From the IMG/VR virus record IMGVR_UViG_3300007959_000005, positions 1 to 42,398 of that record: a stretch of DNA of 42,398 nt. One strand, 5' to 3'. The notes below the pieces were generated by a model. That model made no database searches. It had not been told where the DNA came from and saw only the letters and a list, made by a program, of their open reading frames with translations. Source of the stretch: a virus (lineage: Duplodnaviria > Caudoviricetes). This document shows, piece after piece, positions 1-9,697 of this stretch. The position numbers were made by a program, and so were the translations under genes. Position 1 is the stretch's first letter. Each line of letters begins with the position of its first letter.

Positions 1-109
1 AATCACCATCAGGGACCTCGCCGACCCGACCCTGGTTCCGGCCCGCAACGCTTCCACCCAGGCCAGTAAGGCGGTCAACCTCCTCCATACCATAACCAAC
101 CGCGGCAAT
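1..109 (+). other. Host flank: fragment of a host CDS (ITIRDLADPTLVPARNASTQASKAVNLLHTITNRGN) interrupted at the phage TG end
   Basis: Open frame from position 2. The HTITNxGN ending resembles Ig-like repeat domains of secreted proteins; identity is uncertain. Confidence 0.5.
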
Positions 110-114
110 TGTTG

Positions 115-158
115 CGGCGCGCGCGATTTGGCAGTGATTCGCGCCCGATTTGGCAGTG
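115..158 (+). repeat. Two tandem 22-bp transposase-binding sites at the tail-proximal phage end (Mu R1/R2-like)
   Basis: CGATTTGGCAGTGA occurs at 124-137 and 146-159 (22-bp period). The site ATTCGCGCCCGATTTGGCAGTG matches the reverse complement of 42094-42115. Confidence 0.85.
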
Positions 159-169
159 AGGTGTTTCAC

Positions 170-221
170 AATTTAAGGGCGGCCAGCGGCATTTAATCAC
201 CGTTGAAACCGCCCTTAAATT
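170..221. repeat. Perfect 13-bp inverted repeat near the phage end
   Basis: AATTTAAGGGCGG (170-182) and CCGCCCTTAAATT (209-221). Confidence 0.7.
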
Positions 222-386
222 ACCTGCACTGTTGAAAATGATTGTCTTTTACTTTTGCCTATTGTCGACCCCTCAGAAAATGCATCTGGCAGGTGCCTCG
301 CAGGATACCCTTTAAACGGCCAATAACGACCAGAACCAACCAAGTGTACGCCTATAGATCGACCTGATAAAACCCATCCTGCTGCA

Positions 387-2516
387 TCAGATGTTCGCCA
401 TGGCCTTCGGCAGATAGGTGATCAGTTTGGCACCTGCGGCGATGCTGTAGCCGGTGGGCACTCCGGCTGCCATGGTGATGTTACCGCCGCTCGGGGCACC
501 GCTCACGGTGGTCCAATGCCAGCGGGTGGTGGAGTCGGCCGCCTTGGTGATCATGACGCCAAGGACATCGCCTGAAGTCACCCCCGTTATGCTCGATACC
601 GCGATCACCGTCTCGCCGGCCGGCTCGCCCACGGTGGCCTGGGTGGTATGCCTCTTGGTGATGATCCACCCCGCCGGCTCGCCTGTCACACCGTCCAGGT
701 GCCAGACCCGCTGGTTGTTGGCAAGCACCCCGCCTTCCGGCGCGGTGTCCAGGGCAAGGTCGAGGCTGTTGAAATCGCCGTAGGTGTCGGCAGCCACTAG
801 GTCGAACCCGGGCCAGCTGGCCGGCACGGACTGGTTACCTTCGACCTTGACGCTCAGGCCGGTGATCTGCACGGGGTTGTCAAGGGCGAACACGCCGACC
901 CAGATGCTCTTGACGGTGTCGGCAACCTGGAAATAGGCCACATCCTCTGCCGCATACAGGGCATAGGCACCACCAAACCCTGCGGTGGTCTCAAACGACA
1001 GGGTGTTGTCGATATTCACGCTCAGCCCCTTGACGTGCCCACCACCGGAGAGGGTGTTCCCGGCGGCATCGAAGCAGCGGACCAGGATGTTGTGCTTGCC
1101 GCTGAGCTTCTCGACGCTGGCCCAAAACCGCTTGGTCTTGCTGGTATCGATCTTGCGGCCCAGCGCGGCGTTTATACCCAGCTGCAGATACTGGTCATTG
1201 AGCTCGATATCGGTTACCTGCATAAGCCCGAACGTGCCAGAGGAACCGAGCCAGGTGAAATCGGGGATCACGTAGCGCGGGCTGCCACTGGAAAAGCTAT
1301 TCACCAGGGCGCGCTGCTTCACGTTGCTGACGTTGAACACCTCCTGGGTACCCAGCTTGGAGAGCGAGGTATTCCGGTTGGAAACCCAGTCCAGGGTATT
1401 GGTGCCGGGGTAGTCGGAGGCCGACTCGTCAATCTGGTCGTAGGCATTGACCGCGACAGGCCCCGCGGCATGGGCGTCCACATGGTTGAACCTGGCGGCA
1501 CCGGAAGCACCCAATACATAGTCCTGCTGCTCCAAATATCCGCCTATGATCTGATTCTGCTTGCTCTCGCCGGCATTGAACATGGTGTAGGCCTTGCCGG
1601 TGCCACCGCTGAAGATCTCGATCAAAGGCCCGTAGAACTTGTTCGTGCCGGCATCGAGGTTGTAGATGCCATACCGATTGACGGTGGTGTTGGTGGTGCC
1701 GTCCTCACTCCACCTGCCGCCCCAGATGGCATTCCCGTTGACATTGCCGCCGTTGGAATGGAGATACTCGCCGTACTGGTTGTTGAAGACCTCGCGCGGA
1801 TAAAACTGGGTGTCGTAAACGGTGCCGCTGGTCGAGTTGACGTAAAGCCCCTTCTCATGGCCACTGGCACCCCAGCGCACGGTGCTGCTGATGCAGTCCT
1901 TTATCTGGATCCCCACGTTGCCGGCGGTCCAGTTGGCAGGCGAACGCACAACCGTCACGTCGATAGTGGCGCGCTGCAGGCTGCCGGTAAAATCGATCCC
2001 CACGCCCGATCCGGTGCGGGTGAGGTATATTCCGGGCGACATGACCACCCCGATGTTTTTGTCGACCGTGGCCACCGCCGAGAAAGCCAGCGCATCGGTA
2101 ACGTACATGGTCTTGCCCACCGGGGTGGCGGCCACGGCGCTGCCCCAGTTGGTCACGGTGGTGCCGAACCATGCCAGGTAGCTATCCTGGTTCAGCACCA
2201 CGGACCCCGCACCGTCGAAAATCTGATAGGGACCGGATTGGATATAGCCCGTGCTGGTGAAGGTCTTACCGGTGGCTACCGTTATTTTACCGCCCTTCCA
2301 CACCATGATGGTGCGATTGCTGGTCTTGTTGTTTATGGCCATCGGCTGCGATACCACCACAGTCTTGCCGGCGGTCATCGGCGAGGCGAGTGCCGTCGAC
2401 AGATTCCTGAATCCGCCGGCGTCGATGCCCCAAGGGCCGCTCGTATTGGAGGGGCCAGCAACGGCGGGCAGTGCGGTTACGATAAGCAGCAACAGGGAAT
2501 AAAACAAGTATCTCAT
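387..2516 (-). CDS. Tailspike/receptor-binding protein, beta-helix-like, with an N-terminal signal-peptide-like leader
   Basis: Last gene after the baseplate and short fibre genes; 709 aa rich in G/S/T/N; YIQSGPYQIFDGAGSV tailspike-type N-terminal motif; leader MRYLFYSLLLLIVTALPAVA. Confidence 0.75.
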   Translation of the reverse strand: MRYLFYSLLLLIVTALPAVAGPSNTSGPWGIDAGGFRNLSTALASPMTAGKTVVVSQPMAINNKTSNRTIMVWKGGKITVATGKTFTSTGYIQSGPYQIFDGAGSVVLNQDSYLAWFGTTVTNWGSAVAATPVGKTMYVTDALAFSAVATVDKNIGVVMSPGIYLTRTGSGVGIDFTGSLQRATIDVTVVRSPANWTAGNVGIQIKDCISSTVRWGASGHEKGLYVNSTSGTVYDTQFYPREVFNNQYGEYLHSNGGNVNGNAIWGGRWSEDGTTNTTVNRYGIYNLDAGTNKFYGPLIEIFSGGTGKAYTMFNAGESKQNQIIGGYLEQQDYVLGASGAARFNHVDAHAAGPVAVNAYDQIDESASDYPGTNTLDWVSNRNTSLSKLGTQEVFNVSNVKQRALVNSFSSGSPRYVIPDFTWLGSSGTFGLMQVTDIELNDQYLQLGINAALGRKIDTSKTKRFWASVEKLSGKHNILVRCFDAAGNTLSGGGHVKGLSVNIDNTLSFETTAGFGGAYALYAAEDVAYFQVADTVKSIWVGVFALDNPVQITGLSVKVEGNQSVPASWPGFDLVAADTYGDFNSLDLALDTAPEGGVLANNQRVWHLDGVTGEPAGWIITKRHTTQATVGEPAGETVIAVSSITGVTSGDVLGVMITKAADSTTRWHWTTVSGAPSGGNITMAAGVPTGYSIAAGAKLITYLPKAMANI

Positions 2517-2528
2517 GCGGTTACTCTC

Positions 2529-2933
2529 CTAGAGTATGGTTTGCCAGGCGGTTCCGTCAAAACAGACGACACTCTTGTCGCCGGGCAGCAAGTACAGTTG
2601 CAAAAGACCGTCGATGGTGGAGGCGTCGGCACCGGCCACGGTCAATTGTCCATTACCGATGTTCTTCAACGTAAAACGCTTGCCGGCAGATAGCCCCGCA
2701 ATAGCCGGCAAAGAGAGTACGATATCGCCGCCGTCCGTGTTGCAGAAGAGGATGCCGTCGTTGTTGGAGACGACACCGGAAACCAGTATCGTCCGCACCG
2801 CGGTCCCCGTGGCGACTATGAAGGCCTGGACTGCGTTCAGCCAGCCAGCCGTAATGACCGTGCCCGGCGTATTGGTGGCGGGGTCGGCGTCATGGAACTG
2901 TCCATCTACGGTTTCTACCGGGAAATCAGGCAT
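2529..2933 (-). CDS. Short tail fibre / baseplate-anchoring adaptor
   Basis: N-terminus FHDADPATNTPGTVITAGWLNAVQ resembles the Mu-type fibre N-terminal motif; lies after gp48. Confidence 0.7.
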   Translation of the reverse strand: MPDFPVETVDGQFHDADPATNTPGTVITAGWLNAVQAFIVATGTAVRTILVSGVVSNNDGILFCNTDGGDIVLSLPAIAGLSAGKRFTLKNIGNGQLTVAGADASTIDGLLQLYLLPGDKSVVCFDGTAWQTIL

Positions 2934-2945
2934 CGCGTGCTCCTT

Positions 2946-3488
2946 TTATACGAACATAACGTGGGAATCGGCAGGCTTCAGATCCTCGAAAATGGCCTTC
3001 AGGTGGCGGTCGTCGCGGTACCAGCCCAGCGGCTCGCCCGCCGCCACCAGACCTGCCCGGGCAAACTGGGCAAAACCGCCGTCTATGGTTACTTGCCAGA
3101 CCCAGCGAGCGACCTGCCCGATCACCTCGTCGCCGCAGCGCATGCTACCGGCCATGGCCGGCCTGCATTCCACAAGGCTGATGGCAAAGCCGACGGTGGC
3201 CGCTATATCGATGAAATACTGGCGGTCCAGCCGCCCCTGGGCGCGCAATCGGTAGAGCACCTCGGCTACCCGCTCGCCGCGCCTGGCATCCGTCGCCGGT
3301 ATGATGCCCAGCATCTTCTCCCAGCGGGTAAAAAAGGCATCCGACAGGTGCGGAAACATCTCAGCCTCCAGGCTCGCAGCCGAGACATGCACCTGGTCCA
3401 GTTGCCGCGCCTCCACGGCCAGGTCGACCGCCTGGTCTCCACCCAGCTCCAGCGGCAGAAGCAGTGATAGCACGTCGCTATAGGACAC
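2946..3488 (-). CDS. Baseplate protein, Mu gp48/YmfQ (DUF2313)-like
   Basis: LLLP start, RWEKMLGI, YFIDIAATVGF and KPADSH motifs; synteny. Confidence 0.85.
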   Translation of the reverse strand: MSYSDVLSLLLPLELGGDQAVDLAVEARQLDQVHVSAASLEAEMFPHLSDAFFTRWEKMLGIIPATDARRGERVAEVLYRLRAQGRLDRQYFIDIAATVGFAISLVECRPAMAGSMRCGDEVIGQVARWVWQVTIDGGFAQFARAGLVAAGEPLGWYRDDRHLKAIFEDLKPADSHVMFV

Positions 3489-4266
3489 TGATCACCCCCG
3501 GCCGAATGGTCTGATAGTCGACCGGCAGCACGTTGACAGCCGGTGCCAGCACGATGGCGTCGTCGGCACCGTTTATGATGGCGATGTTAGCCAGCTGGAC
3601 CAGGTAGAGCGGCTGTCCGGATACCAGCGTGTTCATATAGGCAGTCACATCGGCCGCGGTTTGAGCGCGATCCGCAGCATCTCCTAGGGCCTGGATGGTG
3701 ATGTCGACCAAGAGCACCTGGGTTGCCAGTACCCTGAAGCCCCAACCGGTAACCGGCCGTACCAGGTCGATTGCGGAGCGCACCGCCTCGATCAGATCTG
3801 CATCGGGGACGATAGAACCGCTAGCGGGATCCGCGGCTATCACCACGTCGACCGTGCCCGGGCCGTTGGCTTCCGGAAAGCAGAAGGCCGAGGCCACGCC
3901 GGGCACCGCCATGGCCCATTTCACATAGTCATATCGGTTGCCGCCGGCGGGCGGCCGCCGGATGTAGTCGAGCAGCCGCGCCAGCAGCTCCGAGTCGCTC
4001 TCGCCCGCCTTAGGTGACACGCCCCTCACATAGGCGTGACGTTCCAGGTTGACTCGGCTGGCGGTATCCGGGAAGATTTGATCCCCGATATAGCCCTGTG
4101 CGGCGTAAAGACCCCACAGGGCGCTCGCAGTGCAGGCGCTCTTGATAAAGGCCAGGCTTCCCTTGCTGGTGTCGATGGGGTCGCCGGCCTGGTCCACCTG
4201 GTTGCGGTAGTCGGTTAACAGGCCGTTTAAGAGCTCGTCAAAGGATCTGTCAAAAGGGGTCTCCAC
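3478..4266 (-). CDS. Baseplate J-like wedge protein (Mu gp47)
   Basis: QIFPDTA, ESDSELLARL, PPAGGNRYDYVKWA and GPGTVDV motifs. Confidence 0.9.
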   Translation of the reverse strand: METPFDRSFDELLNGLLTDYRNQVDQAGDPIDTSKGSLAFIKSACTASALWGLYAAQGYIGDQIFPDTASRVNLERHAYVRGVSPKAGESDSELLARLLDYIRRPPAGGNRYDYVKWAMAVPGVASAFCFPEANGPGTVDVVIAADPASGSIVPDADLIEAVRSAIDLVRPVTGWGFRVLATQVLLVDITIQALGDAADRAQTAADVTAYMNTLVSGQPLYLVQLANIAIINGADDAIVLAPAVNVLPVDYQTIRPGVISVL

Positions 4267-4625
4267 TAGATGACCTCCACAAATTTGTCATAGCTGACCA
4301 CTCGGCCATGCTGGTCCTGCACGCTTATGCGTGCCTTGAGGCGGTTACGATCCTCTTGCCGGTCGATCTCCATTACCACCTCCACGCTGGCGGCACGGCC
4401 GGCGTCAATCAACCACTGGAGAGCGGCCCGTATATCGCCCTCTACAAGCCGGGCGGATCCATCGGTGTTCTTGAGTCGCTCCCGGCGCTTAAGCCCGAAG
4501 GAGGGATCCACAAAGAAGCTGCCCTGGGCGATCTCTACTGAGACGATCACGTTGGTCAAGAGGTCGTCGCCTCCCGCCATGCTCAGGTATAGCCTGCCGG
4601 CGCTGGTGGTTATTCCCTGGCTCAT
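4266..4625 (-). CDS. Baseplate protein, Mu gp46-like
   Basis: GSFFVDPSFG and ALQWLIDAGRA motifs; synteny. Confidence 0.85.
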   Translation of the reverse strand: MSQGITTSAGRLYLSMAGGDDLLTNVIVSVEIAQGSFFVDPSFGLKRRERLKNTDGSARLVEGDIRAALQWLIDAGRAASVEVVMEIDRQEDRNRLKARISVQDQHGRVVSYDKFVEVI

Positions 4626-5212
4626 GACATCACCTGATTCGGCGGTTCGGCAACCCCGGCACTTACCGGCTGGGTGTGCTCGTTATAGATGGTGCGCATC
4701 TCGGTCATGGACCCGGCAGAGTCGGCCACCTGGTCAAGGGCAGTGACGTTAGCGCCAATGATGTTGCCGGTTACCGCCAGGTCGCCAAGGATAGCTACAT
4801 CCTCGGTGCACTCAACCAGGGGTGTCTGCAGGGTGATCTTGGTGCTGGCTACCACGGTCACCTCGGGCGCGGTCACCGTCGCGCTCTGGGCTGCGATGGC
4901 TACCAGCGTGTCACAACCGGAGATCTCAATCTCCTTTCCGCTTTTCAGGTGTACCTTCTGCCCCTGCCAGTCGTGCAGGACAACCTCACCCTCGCTCAGA
5001 TCCAGGCGGTAGCGCCGGTCGTCGCTGCCAATGCAGGTGATAACGTTGCCCTCCACCACGATGATCAGCTCGGCGCCGGGCTTCGGGCTGCTGGCAAAGC
5101 CGTAGTGCTGCAAAAACTCGCGCTTGCTGAACTCTTCACCCGCCCGGCCGCTGCCGGAAAAGAGCCGCACCAGGCCGGCGGCCAGCGCTGTCAGTTTGCC
5201 CCTGATGATCAT
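4622..5212 (-). CDS. Baseplate spike, Mu gp45/gpV-like
   Basis: QHYGFASSP, DDRRYR and GEVVLHD motifs. Confidence 0.9.
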   Translation of the reverse strand: MIIRGKLTALAAGLVRLFSGSGRAGEEFSKREFLQHYGFASSPKPGAELIIVVEGNVITCIGSDDRRYRLDLSEGEVVLHDWQGQKVHLKSGKEIEISGCDTLVAIAAQSATVTAPEVTVVASTKITLQTPLVECTEDVAILGDLAVTGNIIGANVTALDQVADSAGSMTEMRTIYNEHTQPVSAGVAEPPNQVMS

Positions 5213-6318
5213 CGGCGCCCCCCGGCCAGTTTCCCGGCATCCTCTATCAAGCCCAGGGGGGAGAGCTTCAGGAGCGTGGTGCTGCCGCTCGACTTGTCCA
5301 GCTGAAAACTGCGGCCGGAGACCAGGAAGCTGCCGTGCACTCCGTGTACCGTGTCGGCCACCCGGGCCACCTTGTTGATGGTGAAGTTGCGCCCGTTCTG
5401 GGAGTGGCGCGGCACCTGGTAGCTCAGCCGGTAGCCGTCGTGGCGCTGCTTGTCCATAAGCAGCCGGGCGTGCTGCTTGGGGGTCTGGCTGTCGTTGTGC
5501 GAGAGCTGCACGAACGGCTTGTAAAAGGGGAAGCTCGGGTCGGTGACCGTGCCCGATATGTTCACCTTGCCGGCGTCTAACCCATCTAGGGTATCGGCCT
5601 GCTGCTGCCCCACCACGGTCACCTTGCTGTAGCGCTGGGAGATGTTGGCATCTTCCTCAGCCATCAGGACGTTGTTACCCAGACCCTCCGGGTTGAACAC
5701 GATCTCGTACTCAGGATCACCGCCGACCAGGGGGCGTCCAAAGACGAAGGTTCCGTTGGGCAACATGTAGAACATCTGCCCGCGCGAAATAGCGTACATC
5801 GAGAGCACCTGAAACTTCGACATGCCAGGGTGGATTTGGGCGATCCGTTCGGCGCCGTCGGCCCCCATGATCCCCTCGAGACCGTAACTGGCATCCCTGC
5901 TGCGCCGCGTCTTCAGCTTGCCCACCAGGTCTTTCTGGTAGAGGATCCTCTTGCTGTTGATGAAGGGGATATCCTTCAAGAGCATGTGGGCCAACTCGCT
6001 CAGCTTTTTCCCCTCCACCGTGACGAACTGTTCGCAGTACGAATCGACCACAAGCCCCATCAAATCGCGCCCTTCTATGGTCATGCGGGAGCCGTTCTTG
6101 TCGGTGCGCTTGCACCTGCGGTCCACGATGCCGGTCAGCTCCTCCTGGTCGTTCACCAGCAGCCGGCAGCGCGCCCCCAGGGAGATGTCGAATTCAGGCA
6201 GGCCAATCTCCAGGGAGAAGGCGTGATCCGCCACGTAGAGGTCGGCCTCCACGCGGTAGGATATAAAGTGCCTCACCTGGCGCCCATTCACCTCGAGGTA
6301 GATGGAGTCGTCGCTCAT
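5209..6318 (-). CDS. Baseplate hub, Mu gpP/gp44-like
   Basis: IEGRDLMGLVVD and RYSKVTVVGQ motifs; synteny. Confidence 0.88.
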   Translation of the reverse strand: MSDDSIYLEVNGRQVRHFISYRVEADLYVADHAFSLEIGLPEFDISLGARCRLLVNDQEELTGIVDRRCKRTDKNGSRMTIEGRDLMGLVVDSYCEQFVTVEGKKLSELAHMLLKDIPFINSKRILYQKDLVGKLKTRRSRDASYGLEGIMGADGAERIAQIHPGMSKFQVLSMYAISRGQMFYMLPNGTFVFGRPLVGGDPEYEIVFNPEGLGNNVLMAEEDANISQRYSKVTVVGQQQADTLDGLDAGKVNISGTVTDPSFPFYKPFVQLSHNDSQTPKQHARLLMDKQRHDGYRLSYQVPRHSQNGRNFTINKVARVADTVHGVHGSFLVSGRSFQLDKSSGSTTLLKLSPLGLIEDAGKLAGGRR

Positions 6319-7658
6319 GCCGCGCCTCCCGCCGGGGTGTAGATCTGTAACGTGCCGCTGGTTGCGTTGGGGTTGGCCAGGGTCGGGTTGATGGACCGGA
6401 TGCGCTCGGCATAGTGGTAGTCGAGGCCATACCTGAGGCAGACCAGGTGCAGCGGTATCGGGTTGTCCAGCTCGACGGTGATGATGCGCTCGCGCTCCAG
6501 CTTGACGCTCGAAACGTAGGTGAGGAGATCAAGCGCCTGGCCTTTCAGTGCCGTCATGGAGCGCGCCTGGTCGACACCCTGCTGCAGCCAGCTGCGCGTG
6601 GCGGCCAGGGTGGTTTCCAGCTGGCGCACGTCCATCACCACCGGTACCGGCTGCCCCAGATAGCGCCCCAGGGCGTCAAAGCTCTTGTTGCGCTCCGACT
6701 GGCGGACCGTCTGGCGGTCGGCCTCGTCGTCGGCATAGCAGTAGGCCGCCTCCAGGGCGATACGGCCGGCGCAGGCTATCACCAGGTGCTTCACCATGAG
6801 GCTGCGGGCTGCAGCGGCGGCCGCGGTCTGGGCAGCGGCCGGGGCGGACAGCGCGGTCACCAGATCCCTAAGGCCGGCATCCAGGCTGCGCAGGTAGTTG
6901 GCCGGGTAGTTGAGACTCGAATCGTAGAGCCTGGCCACGCGCTCCACGCATTTGGTCATGATGCCCAGGACGCGCCCGGGCAGCGTGCTCCGGAAGGTGG
7001 TGGTGGCCACCAGCGAATTTACCGGCTGCACAACCTGATTGGCCTCGGCCGACAAGGCCCCCAGCTGCGCATCGAGCGACCTGGCTATCTCGCGCTGGTA
7101 GACGCTTTTTATCTTGAGCTGTGCCAGCAAGGTCTGATCCGGATCAAGTTCGAGCCCGGCGTCAAAGCCCAGGGCAGCCATGTCGCGGGTCAGTTCCCCC
7201 TCCTGCTGCCCCTGACCTGAAGTAAAGGCCGTCTCGCCGGCACTGGTAACGTCGGTCGACGCGACCGGCACGATACTGTCGCGCATCTGCTCGACAAAGC
7301 TGAAGTCGACGACGGCAGTGCGCTGCTGGTCGTCGTGGCGCGTAGATACCGAATCGACCTTCCCTTTGAGGATGCCGTATTTCGGGTGGTTAAATTCCAG
7401 CAGCTCCTTGACCCTCATCAGGTCGATGAGCTTTAGGTGGTCATCGTAGTTTGACTGGGAGGCGCTATCAAAGAACCAGCAGCGCACCTTGACGATGCGC
7501 GCCTTCTGCCCCATGTCCTCCAGATCTGCGCCGTCGATAAAGGGGTAGTCGTAGCGGACGATTGCTTTTTCAAAGGTGTCATCCAGAGTCTCCATCTCAA
7601 GAACGATGTCGTTGACGCTGTCGCCGATCTTGCTTATGTAGCCCACTTCTTGCGCCAT
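6315..7658 (-). CDS. DNA circularization protein, Mu gpN/gp43-like
   Basis: YDYPFIDGADLEDMG and HPKYG motifs, with a C-terminal PLHLVCLRYG...INP segment. Confidence 0.88.
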   Translation of the reverse strand: MAQEVGYISKIGDSVNDIVLEMETLDDTFEKAIVRYDYPFIDGADLEDMGQKARIVKVRCWFFDSASQSNYDDHLKLIDLMRVKELLEFNHPKYGILKGKVDSVSTRHDDQQRTAVVDFSFVEQMRDSIVPVASTDVTSAGETAFTSGQGQQEGELTRDMAALGFDAGLELDPDQTLLAQLKIKSVYQREIARSLDAQLGALSAEANQVVQPVNSLVATTTFRSTLPGRVLGIMTKCVERVARLYDSSLNYPANYLRSLDAGLRDLVTALSAPAAAQTAAAAAARSLMVKHLVIACAGRIALEAAYCYADDEADRQTVRQSERNKSFDALGRYLGQPVPVVMDVRQLETTLAATRSWLQQGVDQARSMTALKGQALDLLTYVSSVKLERERIITVELDNPIPLHLVCLRYGLDYHYAERIRSINPTLANPNATSGTLQIYTPAGGAA

Positions 7659-9500
7659 CTAGTGCCCCTTCATCATGCCTTCAAAAAACTCGCCGCGTGG
7701 CATGGCGGAGACCTGCGTGTTCATGTCGTTGGAGCGGCTAAACACCCGGCCGGTGCCGTCTATCTGCAGGTCAATCTTGATTTCGTTCATTGGGCGCTTG
7801 CGGCCGATGCCCATCACATCGTATTCGCGGTCATCATCCTTTCCGGAATGGCCAAATGCACGAGGACCCCATCCGTTTTCCTTCATGGCGTTCGAGACCA
7901 TCATGCTAAGAGGGACGCCTGCCACGGCCGCTCCGCCAGCTGCATAACCAGCGAAGGTAGCCTGGGCCGCCAAAGCCGCAGCCCTAGCGGCATGGGTTCG
8001 GGCGGCTGTGGGTAACGCGCCCGGTAGTGCATCACCAATCCCTCCCCCGCCAACCGCGCCACCCGGCCAGTTGGTGACAAATACCGGCGTAACACCGGTA
8101 GCGGCCTGCACGGCCTTGCCCTCAGCTATTCCGAATCCGACTCGGCTCAGCCCCTTCAAGCCGCCGAGCCCGCCAAGGACCTTCTTGCCATACATGCCAC
8201 CTTTGAAAAGGTTGTATGCGCCGTAGCCACCGATCATGGCGATGCCTGCAGCGAGCAGACCGTTGCCGGCATCGGCGGCCTTCGGGTGTTCTTCGGCAAA
8301 TTTGCCGACTGCGGCAACGGCGGTGTTGGCACGATTGGTGATCTCCGCCAACGGCACAAGCCAGGGATCAAAGATGGAGGCAGCGGTGCTTTTCATGGTG
8401 CCAGAGAGGGACTGGGCGGAGCGGTTAAAGCCCTTCAGGCTCTCTGTCATTTTATCTTCGGCGCCAGCGACCTCCATGGACTTCTGCCTCACGAATTCCC
8501 AAGAGCCAGTGCCGGTAGCCATAAGATTAAGAGCCGCCTGTCCGCCTTGTTCTCCAAAAATCTTCTGGAGCAAGGTCATCCTTATTTTTCTATTGTAGGA
8601 ACCGAACGATTGGCGAAGACTCTTAATTATTTCGTGCGTAGGTAAAAGTTCCCCTTGCTTGTCCCAAAATTGTAATGGGGCTTTCCCTTGTTTAAGCAAG
8701 TCACGGTTCATGGCGTTCACGTAACGCCGGGAAATGCGGGATGATGCAGTGAGGCGCTCGTAAAAGTCCTTGAGCCCGACACCCGCATGAGATCCAAGCT
8801 GTCCCTGCTCTCCCAGGACTGCCAAGCCCGTCAGTAAATCTTTCCAGGGTACGCCATAGGCCTTGGTATAAGGTGCGGCATAGGGAAGTGCAGCCTCAAG
8901 TTGGGGCATTTTCATTCGCCCACTCATGACGTGCCTCTGGATCTCGTCGGCCAACACACCGTAATCTCCCCCCTTAAGATGATAGGGGACTCCGATGCCC
9001 AGCATTATGCCCGCCGTAGCTTCTGGAGCCGCTTTAGTGATGGTGGCGAGCATCATAGCGGCACGAGTAGCTCCTCGGCCGACTACATCTCCAAAATCTA
9101 CGCCCGATGTGAGCAGTTCTTTTTGCACCTGGACCACGTCCGACGAGGAGAAAGGCGTGATCTTCTGTAACTCCACAGCCGTAGCACGCACCTGTTTTAG
9201 TTCGGAGTTGAGGGCGTTGGCGTCCTTACCGGAACGCATGAGCGCCATGCGCACTTCGATCATGTTCTCCTGGAGTTCGGCGGCATCCGCCACGCCGGGC
9301 TTGATCTTATTGACAGCGTAATTGGCGACGGCGACCGCCTTCAAGCCCTTGGTGATGTGCGCCTGCATCAGGTCAAAGTCCCGCGCCACCTGTTTACCGG
9401 CCTCACCCATGCCGAGGATGTTGCGCCTGGCTACCGAGGCAACCCCTGAGAGGGCGTCGGTCAGGGTGAGCTGCATTGCAAGCTTGAATTCGTTGTTCAT
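7659..9500 (-). CDS. Tail tape measure protein
   Basis: 613 aa, Ala/Gly-rich; TPFSSSDV, GSHAGVGLK, IFGEQG and TPVFVTNWP motifs. Confidence 0.9.
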   Translation of the reverse strand: MNNEFKLAMQLTLTDALSGVASVARRNILGMGEAGKQVARDFDLMQAHITKGLKAVAVANYAVNKIKPGVADAAELQENMIEVRMALMRSGKDANALNSELKQVRATAVELQKITPFSSSDVVQVQKELLTSGVDFGDVVGRGATRAAMMLATITKAAPEATAGIMLGIGVPYHLKGGDYGVLADEIQRHVMSGRMKMPQLEAALPYAAPYTKAYGVPWKDLLTGLAVLGEQGQLGSHAGVGLKDFYERLTASSRISRRYVNAMNRDLLKQGKAPLQFWDKQGELLPTHEIIKSLRQSFGSYNRKIRMTLLQKIFGEQGGQAALNLMATGTGSWEFVRQKSMEVAGAEDKMTESLKGFNRSAQSLSGTMKSTAASIFDPWLVPLAEITNRANTAVAAVGKFAEEHPKAADAGNGLLAAGIAMIGGYGAYNLFKGGMYGKKVLGGLGGLKGLSRVGFGIAEGKAVQAATGVTPVFVTNWPGGAVGGGGIGDALPGALPTAARTHAARAAALAAQATFAGYAAGGAAVAGVPLSMMVSNAMKENGWGPRAFGHSGKDDDREYDVMGIGRKRPMNEIKIDLQIDGTGRVFSRSNDMNTQVSAMPRGEFFEGMMKGH

Positions 9501-9697
9501 TTCGTCACCGGTGGTTTTTTCTTACGCTTGACCTTCTGTTTAATCCCGGTCTTTTTGGGGTTAGACAGCTCGTCGTAGGCCTGGTCGTAGCTACGAATCT
9601 TTCCTCGGCTCATCCGGAGTATCTCCTCCTCCCGAAAGCCGATCTTCAACATCACTAGGATGTCCTTCCTCAGAGGCCGCAGCTTCCTTTCGAAAAA
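9497..9697 (-). CDS. Frameshift extension of the tail chaperone (gpGT-like)
   Basis: The alternative frame FERKLRPLRKDILVMLKIGFREEEILRMSRGKIRSYDQAYDEL...TK* is open from CTTTTTCGA to a TGA overlapping the tape-measure ATG. Confidence 0.7.
   Translation of the reverse strand, partial: FFERKLRPLRKDILVMLKIGFREEEILRMSRGKIRSYDQAYDELSNPKKTGIKQKVKRKKKPPVTK

Noticed and set aside
387-520. Possible remote DGR variable repeat at the tailspike 3' end
   Set aside because: No similarity to TR seen by eye.
1035-2693. 552-aa + strand ORF
   Set aside because: Antisense shadow of the tailspike in GC-rich DNA; no motifs.
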